The notes below the pieces were generated by a model, which was not told the origin of the DNA, did no database searches, and was given only the letters and a program-made list of their open reading frames with translations. 64,000 bases of DNA from a virus. This document shows positions 1 to 9,929 of this stretch, piece by piece. The DNA lies in IMG/VR virus record IMGVR_UViG_3300010396_000006, positions 41,648 to 105,647 of that record; one strand, written 5' to 3'. A program made the translations under genes and the position numbers. The stretch's first letter is position 1. Each line of letters starts with the position of its first letter.

Positions 1-84
1 TCTTCTCAGATTGTCGATTCCAAAATATCTGGCTAGACTGCCAGTCGCTTTGAGCCTCTCCATTCTTCACAAAGGGAATTTACT

Positions 85-456
85 GTGGCAGAAAAAATTA
101 CTGTTGATTTCGGTGTGACCGCTCTGAACTTCGATGGGAAGCCATTGGACTTCCCGACCGGAACTCGGAACCCGCAAACCGGTCAGCCCGACGTTGAAAG
201 CAAGACTCTAGCATGGTGGCTGGCCAATAATATTCTCGCTGGGAAAACTGACGGCCCGGCAATGACAATTCTTCCCTGGATGTTCCGCCTCGGGGAAGTG
301 CCGCCAGCACCATTGGAATTGAGCGTTGCCGACTATGATTTGCTCGACAGCATCGTCGATAAATCAGGAACCGCATTGCTGCTCCGTGGACAAGTTCAAA
401 AACTCATGAGTGATGCCCGCGCCGCATCAAAGGCGGCTGAAGCCAAGAAAGATTGA
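85..456 (+). CDS. hypothetical phage protein (possibly tail-fibre associated)
   Basis: 123-aa ORF preceded by AAGGGA; no recognisable motif. Confidence 0.5.
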   Translation: MAEKITVDFGVTALNFDGKPLDFPTGTRNPQTGQPDVESKTLAWWLANNILAGKTDGPAMTILPWMFRLGEVPPAPLELSVADYDLLDSIVDKSGTALLLRGQVQKLMSDARAASKAAEAKKD

Positions 457-457
457 C

Positions 458-1234
458 ATGGCGAACAAGTACCTTCAGGACAACATCCCAAACGGGAATG
501 GCACGCTGACATCAAACGTCTATGACTTCAATGGGAACCTGTTGAATGTGTCAGGACCGTTGTCCTGGGTACAGTTCGGCGACAATCCATCGAATCGGCG
601 GGCGCTCATGACAGACCCCGCAACGGGAACCTGTCGCGTCGTTCAATATCGGAATGGTGGAGAATTTGCGAATTGGAAAGTCGATTTCCCGGCAGTTGAG
701 ACAGCCGGCGTCTACTCTTTACAAGAGTCTCCTACGGCCGCAGAGACGGCTGTCAAAGTCGGGAAAATTCAGGTCCAACCGGTCCTTGCCATCAATACTC
801 AACAGGCGAGAGCGGCATTGAGTCCGTTGACGCTGGGGATTGTTCGCGGCGATTTCTACGCGCAAGCACTTCCCGGAGCGCTTGGAACGATTGTCGGCCG
901 AAGCGGACTCACGCTCACGGCAAAAGAAACGTGGCTCACGCAGCAACCGGGTGATACGGATTCTCAGGCCACGTTCCAGATCACCGAAGCCGGTGGACTG
1001 ATCATTCTCAACGGTTCCACATCTGGAATCCAAAGCAATTGGGCCAGTTTGGTTGTCACAGATGAGCAACAGGGAACAGCAATTCTGACGATGAAAGCGG
1101 ATATGACATCACAACTCGGATTGCTCGATCTAACATGGGATGTGCAGGTTCAAATGCCGAACGGCCCATCATCCCCAATTCTGAATGGCAGAGTCTCATT
1201 GGCGTCTGATGTGACTCAAAAGATCGTTGCCTGA
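458..1234 (+). CDS. putative virion/baseplate-associated beta-rich protein
   Basis: ATG at 458 directly follows the previous stop; C-terminal 'LTWDVQVQMPNG...ILNGRVSLASDVT' resembles BppU-like/Ig-like phage tail domains. Confidence 0.4.
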   Translation: MANKYLQDNIPNGNGTLTSNVYDFNGNLLNVSGPLSWVQFGDNPSNRRALMTDPATGTCRVVQYRNGGEFANWKVDFPAVETAGVYSLQESPTAAETAVKVGKIQVQPVLAINTQQARAALSPLTLGIVRGDFYAQALPGALGTIVGRSGLTLTAKETWLTQQPGDTDSQATFQITEAGGLIILNGSTSGIQSNWASLVVTDEQQGTAILTMKADMTSQLGLLDLTWDVQVQMPNGPSSPILNGRVSLASDVTQKIVA

Positions 1235-1255
1235 AATTTGCGCCATGAAATAGAA

Positions 1256-1325
1256 AAATCTAGTTGATTTTCCGAAATGATGTCGATAGAGTCAGATCAC
1301 GCCGCTGATTCAGTAACATCGCGGT
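1256..1325 (+). promoter_or_regulatory. promoter module 1: AAATC-N5-GATTT operator, TTGATT-17-TAGAGT promoter, hairpin with TCAGTAAC loop
   Basis: Operator 1256-1270, -35 at 1264-1269, -10 at 1287-1292, hairpin 1301-1325; same layout recurs four more times. Confidence 0.65.
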
Positions 1326-1358
1326 GAACTTCTGAATCATTCTTGAAAGGAAATCGCC

Positions 1359-1640
1359 ATGTCTTTCGTTCTTAAACTCATTTCTTGGCCATTCAAGATT
1401 GTATTCGGAATCAGTCCGTTCGCGGGAATCGTTGTTTCGATGATATTGGTGGCCTATTTGTCAAAATCCGGCGCGGAGGTTGTGGCAATGCATCGAGAAA
1501 TGGCAGCCGCTGATGCGTGCGCTGAGCGAGAAAAACTCAGAGAAGATGAGAGGCGTCAGCAAGCATTGGACAATTGGCGACGGCGAGAAAACGAGACCCC
1601 CTCTTCTGATGATGGATATTCTGGATTGCATGATCGGTAG
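1359..1640 (+). CDS. small membrane protein
   Basis: Hydrophobic N-terminal segment, charged C-terminus, AAGGA RBS. Confidence 0.55.
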   Translation: MSFVLKLISWPFKIVFGISPFAGIVVSMILVAYLSKSGAEVVAMHREMAAADACAEREKLREDERRQQALDNWRRRENETPSSDDGYSGLHDR

Positions 1641-1651
1641 TTCACTGTAAG

Positions 1652-2230
1652 ATGAGACATCCTCAAGGAGTCAAGTCAGTGGCCGATTCATGGAACAACT
1701 GGGTAACCGAAAACATCCCCTATATCCGAAAGCAGTTGCTTTTAATCTGGGATAAAGCGTGTTTTGTCCAGAAGAAAGAAAGCGAATTGGAAGATCGCTT
1801 GGCCATTGACGAGCAGAAAGAGCAGACCGAGCAGGCGATGTTGCAGGCTCAAATCGACGAACTCAGTAAAAAGGTAGAAATTCTTATGACCGGACAAGCC
1901 GATTTCGCCGCCCAGCAAGCCGCCGTCGACGCGACGATGGATGCCTGTGCCACATTGCTTGGACAGACCGTGACGTTGCTGACTGGATTGGGATCTCTGA
2001 TCATCGGACTGCAAACGACCGTGACCAATCTTCAGTCGCAAGCGACCGAAGGCACGCAAGCGGATGCCGTATTCGAAGCCGCCGCCGTCGATCTCGGAAC
2101 GCACAAAGCAACTCTGCAAACCGCCCTCGACAATGCTCAGGCCGCGCTCAATACCGCCAGTTCGTTCGTTCCGCCGGCCCCACAAACCGATCCGAACGCT
2201 CCCGCAAACCAGAATCAATCGAGTACCTGA
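1652..2230 (+). CDS. coiled-coil hypothetical protein
   Basis: 192-aa Ala/Gln/Thr-rich helical ORF followed by a terminator. Confidence 0.55.
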   Translation: MRHPQGVKSVADSWNNWVTENIPYIRKQLLLIWDKACFVQKKESELEDRLAIDEQKEQTEQAMLQAQIDELSKKVEILMTGQADFAAQQAAVDATMDACATLLGQTVTLLTGLGSLIIGLQTTVTNLQSQATEGTQADAVFEAAAVDLGTHKATLQTALDNAQAALNTASSFVPPAPQTDPNAPANQNQSST

Positions 2231-2282
2231 ACGGTGCGCCCGGCCTAGATGCTGGGTGGCTTACTGGCTTCGGATGGCCAAG

Positions 2283-2322
2283 AATAGCGGGCTGAGAACT
2301 CTCCTCTTCAGCCCGCTATTTT
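2283..2322 (+). terminator. intrinsic terminator
   Basis: AATAGCGGGCTGA / TCAGCCCGCTATT inverted repeat followed by TTTT. Confidence 0.7.
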
Positions 2323-2349
2323 CACATCGGTACATCGAATGGATTCGCC

Positions 2350-2709
2350 ATGAACCCAAAGCGGGAATTGCTTCATCACCTTCATGCTGGCCGCTGTTTG
2401 TGGTGTAACTGCCAGACAAAGCTGGTTCGGCCAAAATGTTTTCACTCGCTTAAGGCGAATGCGTCAACGATCGATCATCTGATCAATAAGCTGGACAGGC
2501 CAGACCCGATGCAAGACGTGATCGTCAATGCCTGCAATCGTTGCAATGAGAGGCGTGGACGAGAGGCTACGCGGACTCAAACGGTTGAACAGCAGAAAGC
2601 ACGGGTCGCGTTAGACAAAGCCCTGTATCAAGCATGGCTGGCTCGCAACGATGTTCGGATGGGAGCCGTTGACACAGATCGGGAAAAACAACAAAGGGCC
2701 ACTGCATGA
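2350..2709 (+). CDS. HNH endonuclease
   Basis: CxxC...TIDH...ACxxCN motif; lies ~2 kb upstream of the terminase genes. Confidence 0.8.
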   Translation: MNPKRELLHHLHAGRCLWCNCQTKLVRPKCFHSLKANASTIDHLINKLDRPDPMQDVIVNACNRCNERRGREATRTQTVEQQKARVALDKALYQAWLARNDVRMGAVDTDREKQQRATA

Positions 2710-3203
2710 CGTTCAAAGTCGGCGATTTGGTTGAATGCATCGATAAAGATGCAATTCACGGCGTTGGGAATCGGTTCAATATTCTCGAAGTCAGTCCGGA
2801 CGGCCTGCACATTCGGATCGACGGAACTGGGCTCTGGTTGAAATCCAGATTCAAGCTTATTGAACCTAGTGAGAAATCCAGAGGGCAGCTTGCATGTGAG
2901 GCATTCGCGGCCCGGCGAAGAATTTCCGGGCATGACTATAGCGGCTGGAACCATCTGGATGTCAGCGAACAAGAGGCATGGGAAGCCGCCGCGATCGCAA
3001 ATCGAGAGATTCCCTCTCAATCGATCACGAAAGAGGAACTGGACGTCGTCGCGGCATTGAAGAGTGCCTACAACGCATACCAGAAGCTTGATCAACGCGA
3101 TGCCGATCAAGACGAGCATTTCCTACAGTCAATGGAAACATCTCTCCGGATCATCACGTTCCGCATCGCCAAACGAGTCAACCCAGAAGTCTGGGGTGAC
3201 TGA
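2706..3203 (+). CDS. hypothetical protein with an SH3/KOW-like 'FKVGDLV' N-domain
   Basis: Overlapping start/stop with the HNH gene; motif shared with ORF 9930. Confidence 0.55.
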   Translation: MTFKVGDLVECIDKDAIHGVGNRFNILEVSPDGLHIRIDGTGLWLKSRFKLIEPSEKSRGQLACEAFAARRRISGHDYSGWNHLDVSEQEAWEAAAIANREIPSQSITKEELDVVAALKSAYNAYQKLDQRDADQDEHFLQSMETSLRIITFRIAKRVNPEVWGD

Positions 3204-4175
3204 CAAAACCGAACCCCTTAAATCAAAGGGCAATTTTATGACAGAAATCGACGTTAATACTCTGTTCGCAGTTGGGGCCACTGTTCATCCGAAGGAAACC
3301 GGATTTGGATTGATTGCAGGTATACCGTATGGAATCGTGACTGTGACGCCGGAACCGACCGCACCGGGCGGCGCTGTTCTGACGCTCACGGGAATGGAGG
3401 CCGAAAAGCCATATTCACCGCATCTATTCATGGAATACGATCTGTGGCTCGCTGGAACCGAGAAGAAAAAGGCGGCAGACGCAAAACCAAAACTTCCCCC
3501 TATCCAAAAAATCGCGCAAGCGACTGGTTCACAACGATCCGTTGTGTTCGTCAAACTCGATACCGGTGTTTTCAAGGATGACCTATTCCCATCGATCCGA
3601 GCCGCAATTCAGCAGCAACTGATTGGATCATGCCTCGAAGGATGCGTGGTTATTGTCTACTCGCAAGCTGAAATCGCGATCGTCAGCGAGCATGCCGAAT
3701 CTGAGATCAAATCTGAATTCGACGAACCGTGGTATCCAATCTATAAATTCGATGCGCCACAATGGGAACACGTGTGGGTTAGATGCGAAGATGGAACAAC
3801 TCAACTGGCCTATTGCACGGGGGATGATGAGTTCATGACTCTCGAATCGAATATCGCAGCGCCAGATCTGATCAACGAAGTCACTCACTGGTCTAAATTC
3901 ATCAACAAGCAGTTCACGGAATAGATCCGATGGCCAAAATCGATCTGACCGACTTAGAGCAGATCCGGACGTCATGCCCGGTCTGCCTGGGTCGAGTCCA
4001 GAACTGCAATCACTGCGGCAATACGGGAAGAGTCTCATTCAATTCGGATGCTGAATGGCTTTCGGCACGTCGACGAGTCATCACCGATGAACAGCGGCGA
4101 CAGATGGACATGAGGCTCGGTCAACTGGCCGTTGTCGCCTATCTGACCGACGAACTGTATCAGTGAGGCTAATTC

Positions 4176-4463
4176 ATGCCGTTTCCTCAAATATCGCATC
4201 TGCAATTCAAAGTGCTGGCCTGCCTGATGAAAGGCGAGATGCACGGAAAGAACATTCGTCAAGCGATCGCGGCTGAAGGAGTGAAGCAGTCTAATCCAGC
4301 GTTCTACCAATTGATGGCCAGAATGGAGAAGGCTGATTACGTATCCAGCAGATATGACCAATCGATACACGATGGTATACCACTGACGGAATGCGTCTAT
4401 CGTATCACCAAAACAGGCCAAAAGACGGCCGAGTCAACCATCGAATTCTACTCCGCCAAGTAG
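4176..4463 (+). CDS. PadR-like winged-helix transcriptional regulator
   Basis: 'EMHGKNIRQAI...FYQLMARMEKADYVSS...VYRITKTG' matches the PadR pattern. Confidence 0.75.
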   Translation: MPFPQISHLQFKVLACLMKGEMHGKNIRQAIAAEGVKQSNPAFYQLMARMEKADYVSSRYDQSIHDGIPLTECVYRITKTGQKTAESTIEFYSAK

Positions 4464-4469
4464 TTAGAC

Positions 4470-4499
4470 TTGACGCAACCCCAAATACCTGAATAGAGT
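4470..4499 (+). promoter_or_regulatory. sigma70-like promoter upstream of terS
   Basis: TTGACG-18-TAGAGT. Confidence 0.55.
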
Positions 4500-4511
4500 C
4501 TGCACATGTCC

Positions 4512-4604
4512 ACCTGAAAAGGTCCGACACAGAACTCCTGAAAAGGACTTCGCCAAAGAACTCCCGAAACGGACTTCAACAGCAAGGGAACTCCAGAAAT
4601 GGAG
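4512..4604 (+). repeat. four tandem GAAA-loop mini-hairpins
   Basis: ACCTGAAAAGGT, GAACTCCTGAAAAGGACTTC, GAACTCCCGAAACGGACTTC, GAACTCCAGAAATGGAG. Confidence 0.8.
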
Positions 4605-5426
4605 GATAAGCTATCGTCTGCGGAGCGAAGGAAGCTCAGAAGGCAGTTAAAGGAACAAGGCGAATCAATACCCGCTGACCTAACGCCTAAGCCCAATCGT
4701 AAAGCCCATCTGGATAAACTCCCCAATACGGAAACAAAGACACCGAAGACGGAGAGTAAACCAAGGGGCCAAGCGAAGCCAAAGCCCAAAGCGAAAGCCA
4801 AGCCCAAGCCAAGAAAGACTGAGACAACACCGGCCGGTAATGAATCAGTCGATCAACAGAACGAGACGGAACAACCCAAGCCAGTCACGGTAGAAGCGGT
4901 CCCCGCTCCCGAGTCTGAAATCTCACCCGAATCTGTGTCGGGGGGATGGGGGGACGGTGGCAAATATGGTCCATCTGGTCTGACGAAAACGCACGAACAG
5001 CGGATGGTTGTCAGTTCATTCAATTGGCAAAACCGCAATCGATTCCCGCTGGAAAAGGCTGTTGACGAAAACCTGAAGATCGTTGATGCGGTTGATGGCA
5101 AGTCGGATGTCTATCAGGAAATCCTGACCACGACTGTCGAGATGATGAGATCGAAGTCGGCGAGGTCAAAGGGCATTGGATTGCGGGCCGGCGTTCAACT
5201 CGTGACGGCCGTGCAAAAAGACGACCATGCCAAGTTGAGGGCTGAACTGCGTCCGATGGTATTCACTCCTCCCTCCCCTGCGCCAGAGATGCCGGCTCCC
5301 GCAGTTCCGGCCCATGTCGACCAAAGCATGAACATCGATAACAGCCATCGCGTCGTGATCTTCAACATTCCGGATAACGGACGAGATCCACAATTGAAGG
5401 CGCAATTGACTGGGGCCGCTCAATGA
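4599..5426 (+). CDS. putative terminase small subunit
   Basis: Overlaps the terL start; ends with the 'VVIFNIPDNGRD' motif typical of TerS C-termini; Lys/Pro-rich N-terminus. Confidence 0.6.
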   Translation: MEDKLSSAERRKLRRQLKEQGESIPADLTPKPNRKAHLDKLPNTETKTPKTESKPRGQAKPKPKAKAKPKPRKTETTPAGNESVDQQNETEQPKPVTVEAVPAPESEISPESVSGGWGDGGKYGPSGLTKTHEQRMVVSSFNWQNRNRFPLEKAVDENLKIVDAVDGKSDVYQEILTTTVEMMRSKSARSKGIGLRAGVQLVTAVQKDDHAKLRAELRPMVFTPPSPAPEMPAPAVPAHVDQSMNIDNSHRVVIFNIPDNGRDPQLKAQLTGAAQ

Positions 5427-7150
5427 GTTCCGTTCTCGAACAGTACGGACCAAATGCGACGATCGTAGGACCGCAACCGGGTCCCCAGACTCAGGCCATG
5501 CAGAGCGCTGCCGATATCGTGATCATGGGTGGGGCGAACGGAGGGGGCAAATCGCATTGGATTCTGCTCGAAGCAGCGCGTCATGCCCGAGTGCCAGGAT
5601 ATCGAGCTGTCGTGTTCCGGCGTGAATCGACTGATATCACTGACCCCGGCGGACTCCAAGATACGTCGATGACGATCTATCCCCAGCTTGATGGATGGTT
5701 CCGATCCAACAAACTGGATTGGATATTCGATCCGGATGCTCGCATTTCATTCCGAGGACTGCCGCACGCCAAGGATGCTATCTCGTGGGATGGAAAAGAA
5801 CTGGCGTTCATCGGCTTTGATGAATTGCAATTGTTCACCGAATTTCAATTCTGGTATCTGTTCAGCCGCATGAGGTCCAGTTGCGGCGTCAACCCCGTTA
5901 TTCGAGCGACATGCAATCCCGTTCATGAGGAAGATCCGACCGGCGGATGGTTGAAGATCCTGATTGGCTGGTGGCTCAACTGGGAAACCGGGTTTCCAAT
6001 TCCAGAGCGATCCGGGAAAGTGCGATGGTTCGTGCGGTTGAACAATGAACTTCACTGGGGCGATTCCCGCGAAGAACTGATTGAGCGATTCACCGATCCG
6101 GACAGTAAAGAGGAAGGCCCAACCGTCTTTCCGATGTCGATCACGTTCATCCCGTCGAAGTTACGGGACAACCCGATACTGATGAACTCGTCGCCCCAGT
6201 ATCGAGCCAGCTTGATGGCGTTGCCGGACTATCTGAAGAAACAGAAATACGAAGGCAACTGGAACGCGAAACTTCAGGCCGGAACATTCTTCAAGATTGG
6301 TGTGATGGGCCGCAAAGGTCAGATCATTCCGATAGAGGAACTGCCGGCGATCGGCCTACGTTATTGCCGTGCCTGGGATCTGGCATACACGGAAGGGGCT
6401 GGAGACTGGACCGTTGGTGACTTATTGGCGACTGATGGGAAAGGAACATTTTATCTCATTGATCAAGTTCGTGGACAATGGGAATCAAGCAATCGCAATG
6501 ATCGAATGTTGGCAGTCGCCGCTGACGATGAAGAGAAATACGGTCGAGTCAAGATCTGCGTTCCACAAGATCCATCGGCCGGAACTGAAATTTGTGAGCG
6601 ACTGCTGAAAATGTTTGCCGGTTATTGGGTTGTCGGTCGAAGGCCAATCAAGAACAAGGCAGAGCGAGCGTCGGCTTATTCGTCGTCATTCAATGGCGGA
6701 AATGTGAAGTTCGTCAAAGCGCCATGGAATTCCGGATTGCTTCAACGAATGGATTCATTCCCGACGAAAGATATCCCAGATGATGAGATTGACGCATCTG
6801 CGGACGCCTATGAAGAACTCAGAGGCCCATCGCCTGGGGGAGCAATGGCTGATCAAAGTGCCGTTGCCAACCCGACAGAGAAGGAAAACGTCAATCCGTT
6901 CCGCGGGTTGCTGGAAAGCTATGTTCGCGAATTCTGGTCGACCATGTCGAAGAATGAACCAACCTGTCCCGAGTGGAAGGGATCGTTGGCAAGATTCGTT
7001 GATGATGTCGGTGAGCGCCCAAGCGACGATCACAAACTCGCAAGACGCGATCGCAACGAACTATGGGGTCCAGCAAACTTCTACTGGCAACTGGGCGATG
7101 AACCGCCTCCACCGATCAAAAGAGGCTGGGGCAAGGCAATGGCGGATTGA
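5423..7150 (+). CDS. terL: terminase large subunit (with C-terminal degenerate HNH-like extension)
   Basis: Walker A GGANGGGKS, Walker B FIGFDE, 'RATCNP', nuclease 'RAWDLA' and 'DDEIDASADA'. Confidence 0.95.
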   Translation: MSSVLEQYGPNATIVGPQPGPQTQAMQSAADIVIMGGANGGGKSHWILLEAARHARVPGYRAVVFRRESTDITDPGGLQDTSMTIYPQLDGWFRSNKLDWIFDPDARISFRGLPHAKDAISWDGKELAFIGFDELQLFTEFQFWYLFSRMRSSCGVNPVIRATCNPVHEEDPTGGWLKILIGWWLNWETGFPIPERSGKVRWFVRLNNELHWGDSREELIERFTDPDSKEEGPTVFPMSITFIPSKLRDNPILMNSSPQYRASLMALPDYLKKQKYEGNWNAKLQAGTFFKIGVMGRKGQIIPIEELPAIGLRYCRAWDLAYTEGAGDWTVGDLLATDGKGTFYLIDQVRGQWESSNRNDRMLAVAADDEEKYGRVKICVPQDPSAGTEICERLLKMFAGYWVVGRRPIKNKAERASAYSSSFNGGNVKFVKAPWNSGLLQRMDSFPTKDIPDDEIDASADAYEELRGPSPGGAMADQSAVANPTEKENVNPFRGLLESYVREFWSTMSKNEPTCPEWKGSLARFVDDVGERPSDDHKLARRDRNELWGPANFYWQLGDEPPPPIKRGWGKAMAD

Positions 7151-7210
7151 CAACGAAAATCTTTATGATTACCGTTGACGCCGTTCAGTTTCACCTCAAA
7201 GGGTTGCGGC

Positions 7211-7828
7211 ATGACAGGCGAAGAATACGACTTTGCTGATCGAGCGCTCAGTTTCATGGGCCGTTTGGATGCGTTACAAGCCGCTCAGTCGGAATGGTCT
7301 CAGCGAACATTCGGGTCAGATGAGAAGAGAGGTCCCCGCGGCCCGTTGCTTCATCTCGCCAAGGAGGCCGACGAAGCCGCTCAAGAGGAGGTCGGATCGG
7401 CCAAGCAACTGAAGGAATTCGGAGACGTATTCCTGTTGACCCTTGAGTCATTCCGGCGCGGAAAAAGAACGATCGATGAAGTTCTGGAAGCCGCAATTGC
7501 GAAGCATGCCGAAAACAGGCTTCGCGTATGGAATGTGATCGATGCGGAAGAACCAATCTTCCACAAGAAAGAACCGTCGTTTCGGATCAAGCCACTCGAA
7601 TGGCAGGATTCTCAGTTCGACGTCAATCTTAAAAGAGCCGAAACGATATTTGGATTCTATTGGGTGCAATACAATCCGATGTTTGAAACCGATTTCGCCT
7701 GGGGATTTCATTTCCACGATTTCACCGATGAAGAACAGCACTGTTGCATGTCGTTTGATCAGGGTAAGCAACTCGCCTGGGAGAACTGGCAGGAACGAAT
7801 CAAAAGCGCATTGATCGAGGCCGAGTGA
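7211..7828 (+). CDS. dATP/dGTP pyrophosphohydrolase-like (DUF550/MazG-like) protein
   Basis: 'EWSQRTFG...GPLLHLAKEADEA...EFGDVFLL...AKHAENRLRVW'. Confidence 0.75.
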   Translation: MTGEEYDFADRALSFMGRLDALQAAQSEWSQRTFGSDEKRGPRGPLLHLAKEADEAAQEEVGSAKQLKEFGDVFLLTLESFRRGKRTIDEVLEAAIAKHAENRLRVWNVIDAEEPIFHKKEPSFRIKPLEWQDSQFDVNLKRAETIFGFYWVQYNPMFETDFAWGFHFHDFTDEEQHCCMSFDQGKQLAWENWQERIKSALIEAE

Positions 7829-8183
7829 CGGCACTAATGCAGGAGACCGGAATGAGTAAGAAGCTGGACCGAGATCTATACACAGTGATCAAAATCATCA
7901 CGAATTTCTTGCCCGATGATGAATTGGGGCGGAAGATTGAAGGCGAATTGACTGATGTTCTTGAAAACACGAGATGGATTCCTCCAGAACTCCGATGGGA
8001 ATCGTGGGGAGAACTGATGTCCTGCCTAGATCGCAATCTGACAGGAAAATTTGAGACAGAACCTGTTTGGGTTAAAGCGATCCAGTCTGTCTGTAATGAC
8101 ACAAAGTTCATTTTGGAAAGCTAGACAAATGAAGCCGCTACTGAAATGGCTCATTCAGTTATTGGGTAGTTCCAAGTCATGGG

Positions 8184-8738
8184 ATGACGAATGGGATTCA
8201 TCGCTTGTTGACTGAACAATATCTTGAACTCAAAAGCCGTGTCGCGGCTGAATACAGTTCTGAAATCGAGTGGGCGGCAAATCTCAAGCTGTGCGCCGAC
8301 TCGCTTCGATTCGCCTATGAAACGATCTGGGTCATTCTGAACGCCGGGATGAAGATGCAGGTTGCTCGACAGATCGAATCAAAGATCCTGCCGACACTGG
8401 CCAAAGGCGAATCGGCATCAATGGTATTCGGTCACAAACTGAAATGCCGGGCAATTGATGATGTCTGGAAGAATCGAGTCAAACTGTTCAGCGAGTACCA
8501 ATCGGCAAATGACAAGCTGGAATACCTCGAAACACTGCCGCACATTGGGCCGATCACCAAATTCCATCTGGCTCGAAATCTTGGTTTAGACTTCTGCAAA
8601 CCAGACCGTCACTTAGTTCGTATTGCAGGAGATGAGACGGCGTCAGTAATGTGTCAGCGGCTGGCGGACGCGACTGGCGATCGAATTGGCGTTGTTGATT
8701 GTGTGATCTGGCGAGCCGCAAATCTGGGGTGGGTGTGA
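8184..8738 (+). CDS. HhH-GPD superfamily DNA glycosylase-like protein
   Basis: HhH 'LETLPHIGPITKFHLARNLG' followed by 'KPDRH'. Confidence 0.65.
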   Translation: MTNGIHRLLTEQYLELKSRVAAEYSSEIEWAANLKLCADSLRFAYETIWVILNAGMKMQVARQIESKILPTLAKGESASMVFGHKLKCRAIDDVWKNRVKLFSEYQSANDKLEYLETLPHIGPITKFHLARNLGLDFCKPDRHLVRIAGDETASVMCQRLADATGDRIGVVDCVIWRAANLGWV

Positions 8739-9530
8739 TATGACAATCTTCGCCGCGCTCATAATCGGTCAGATGATCCAATTCCAATCAGACCGAGGCT
8801 ACGCCGAATGCGTTGGAACAAAGGAACAAGTCGCCTCGTTCTACGTGACTTGGAAATTCTGCTGCGATCCAAATTGCCAAACGACCAACAAAGCTACCTG
8901 GGATAGATGGGATAAGCTGTGGGCCGATAATCTGTCAGAGACAATGCTGTTTCAGAATGACCGAGCGACACGGCTTGGAATCGCCAAGGCGGTCTTCTAT
9001 CGCGGCTTGTGGGTGAGGTTCAGAGTTCGTATTGACCCGTTCGGATCGTTTTGGGTCTACTATTCACCGTGGGTCCATGTCGCGGCCACAATTGGTTTCC
9101 TGTTGGGTGTGATCTGGTGGCTGAAGCGAAGGATGAATCGTCAATGCAAAAGTTCGCCTGCCTGAAATGCGGCAACGTGCAAGAGATCAACAGCGAGGAA
9201 GAACACTCGGTCCGTTGCATCAAATGCAATCACGAAACAAAAGACGTACGGTCAATGGTGCGGTTGGACAGTTCAAAAGAGTTTCTGAAAAACTGGAAAC
9301 CTGTCGAATATAAGGACTGATGATGCCCGTCAATGGACCGCCTCCCAGGGGACAATACTGCGGACCGAGGCCGCTATCGCTGATTCCATATCCCACGTCA
9401 CCGCCCGCGCCGCCAAAGCGGTATGTTCGAAGAGAACCGGAGCAACGCTGCGAACCTCCAGCCGAGAAGCCAGACAATAGCTGGATGATCCTCGCCGGTC
9501 TGTTCGGCCTGCCGTTCTTATTCGGCAGTT

Positions 9531-9764
9531 GTGAAAATTCCTCAAGCGACGAATGAGGCCAGCTTGAACGAACGGCAATACCCGCTGAATGTTCTCGCCA
9601 TCGCGAAAGACGGTGAACGGTTCTTGTTCTTGTACGATGACGACAGTGTCGAGGAACTGATTCGCGTTCTTGGCCAATACGCCGCTGATACTGAACTCAA
9701 CTTCTCATGGTATGACGCCGCCCTTCTGAGTAAGCGAATTAAAGATCGCCGACCCGCCGATTGA
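9531..9764 (+). CDS. small conserved protein of a type recalled from Planctomycetota
   Basis: 'NVLAIAKDGERFLFLYDD...LGQYAADTELNFSWYDAALLS'; true start may be downstream. Confidence 0.6.
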   Translation: MKIPQATNEASLNERQYPLNVLAIAKDGERFLFLYDDDSVEELIRVLGQYAADTELNFSWYDAALLSKRIKDRRPAD

Positions 9765-9818
9765 ATCTGTCAGTCCGCTATTGCAAAAATCAGTAAGATT
9801 TCACAAGATGCCAATTAA

Positions 9819-9913
9819 CCGATTGTTGGGCAATCGGACTTGATAGACGCGGCTTGTCTGTGTCGGCCTGTCGTAATACTGCCCAACGGTATTGCGACAG
9901 GCTTTTTCTTTTG
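9819..9913 (+). ncRNA. kissing-loop terminator/attenuator RNA 1
   Basis: 5' hairpin carries GTTGGGCA; terminator GCCTGTCGTAATAC/GTATTGCGACAGGC+TTTTT has loop TGCCCAAC; operator at 9787-9801. Confidence 0.6.
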
Positions 9914-9929
9914 ATCAAAGGGCAATCAG

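Noticed and set aside
4512-4604. Mini CRISPR array
   Set aside because: Units are only 12-20 nt with 6-10 nt gaps, and no cas genes are present
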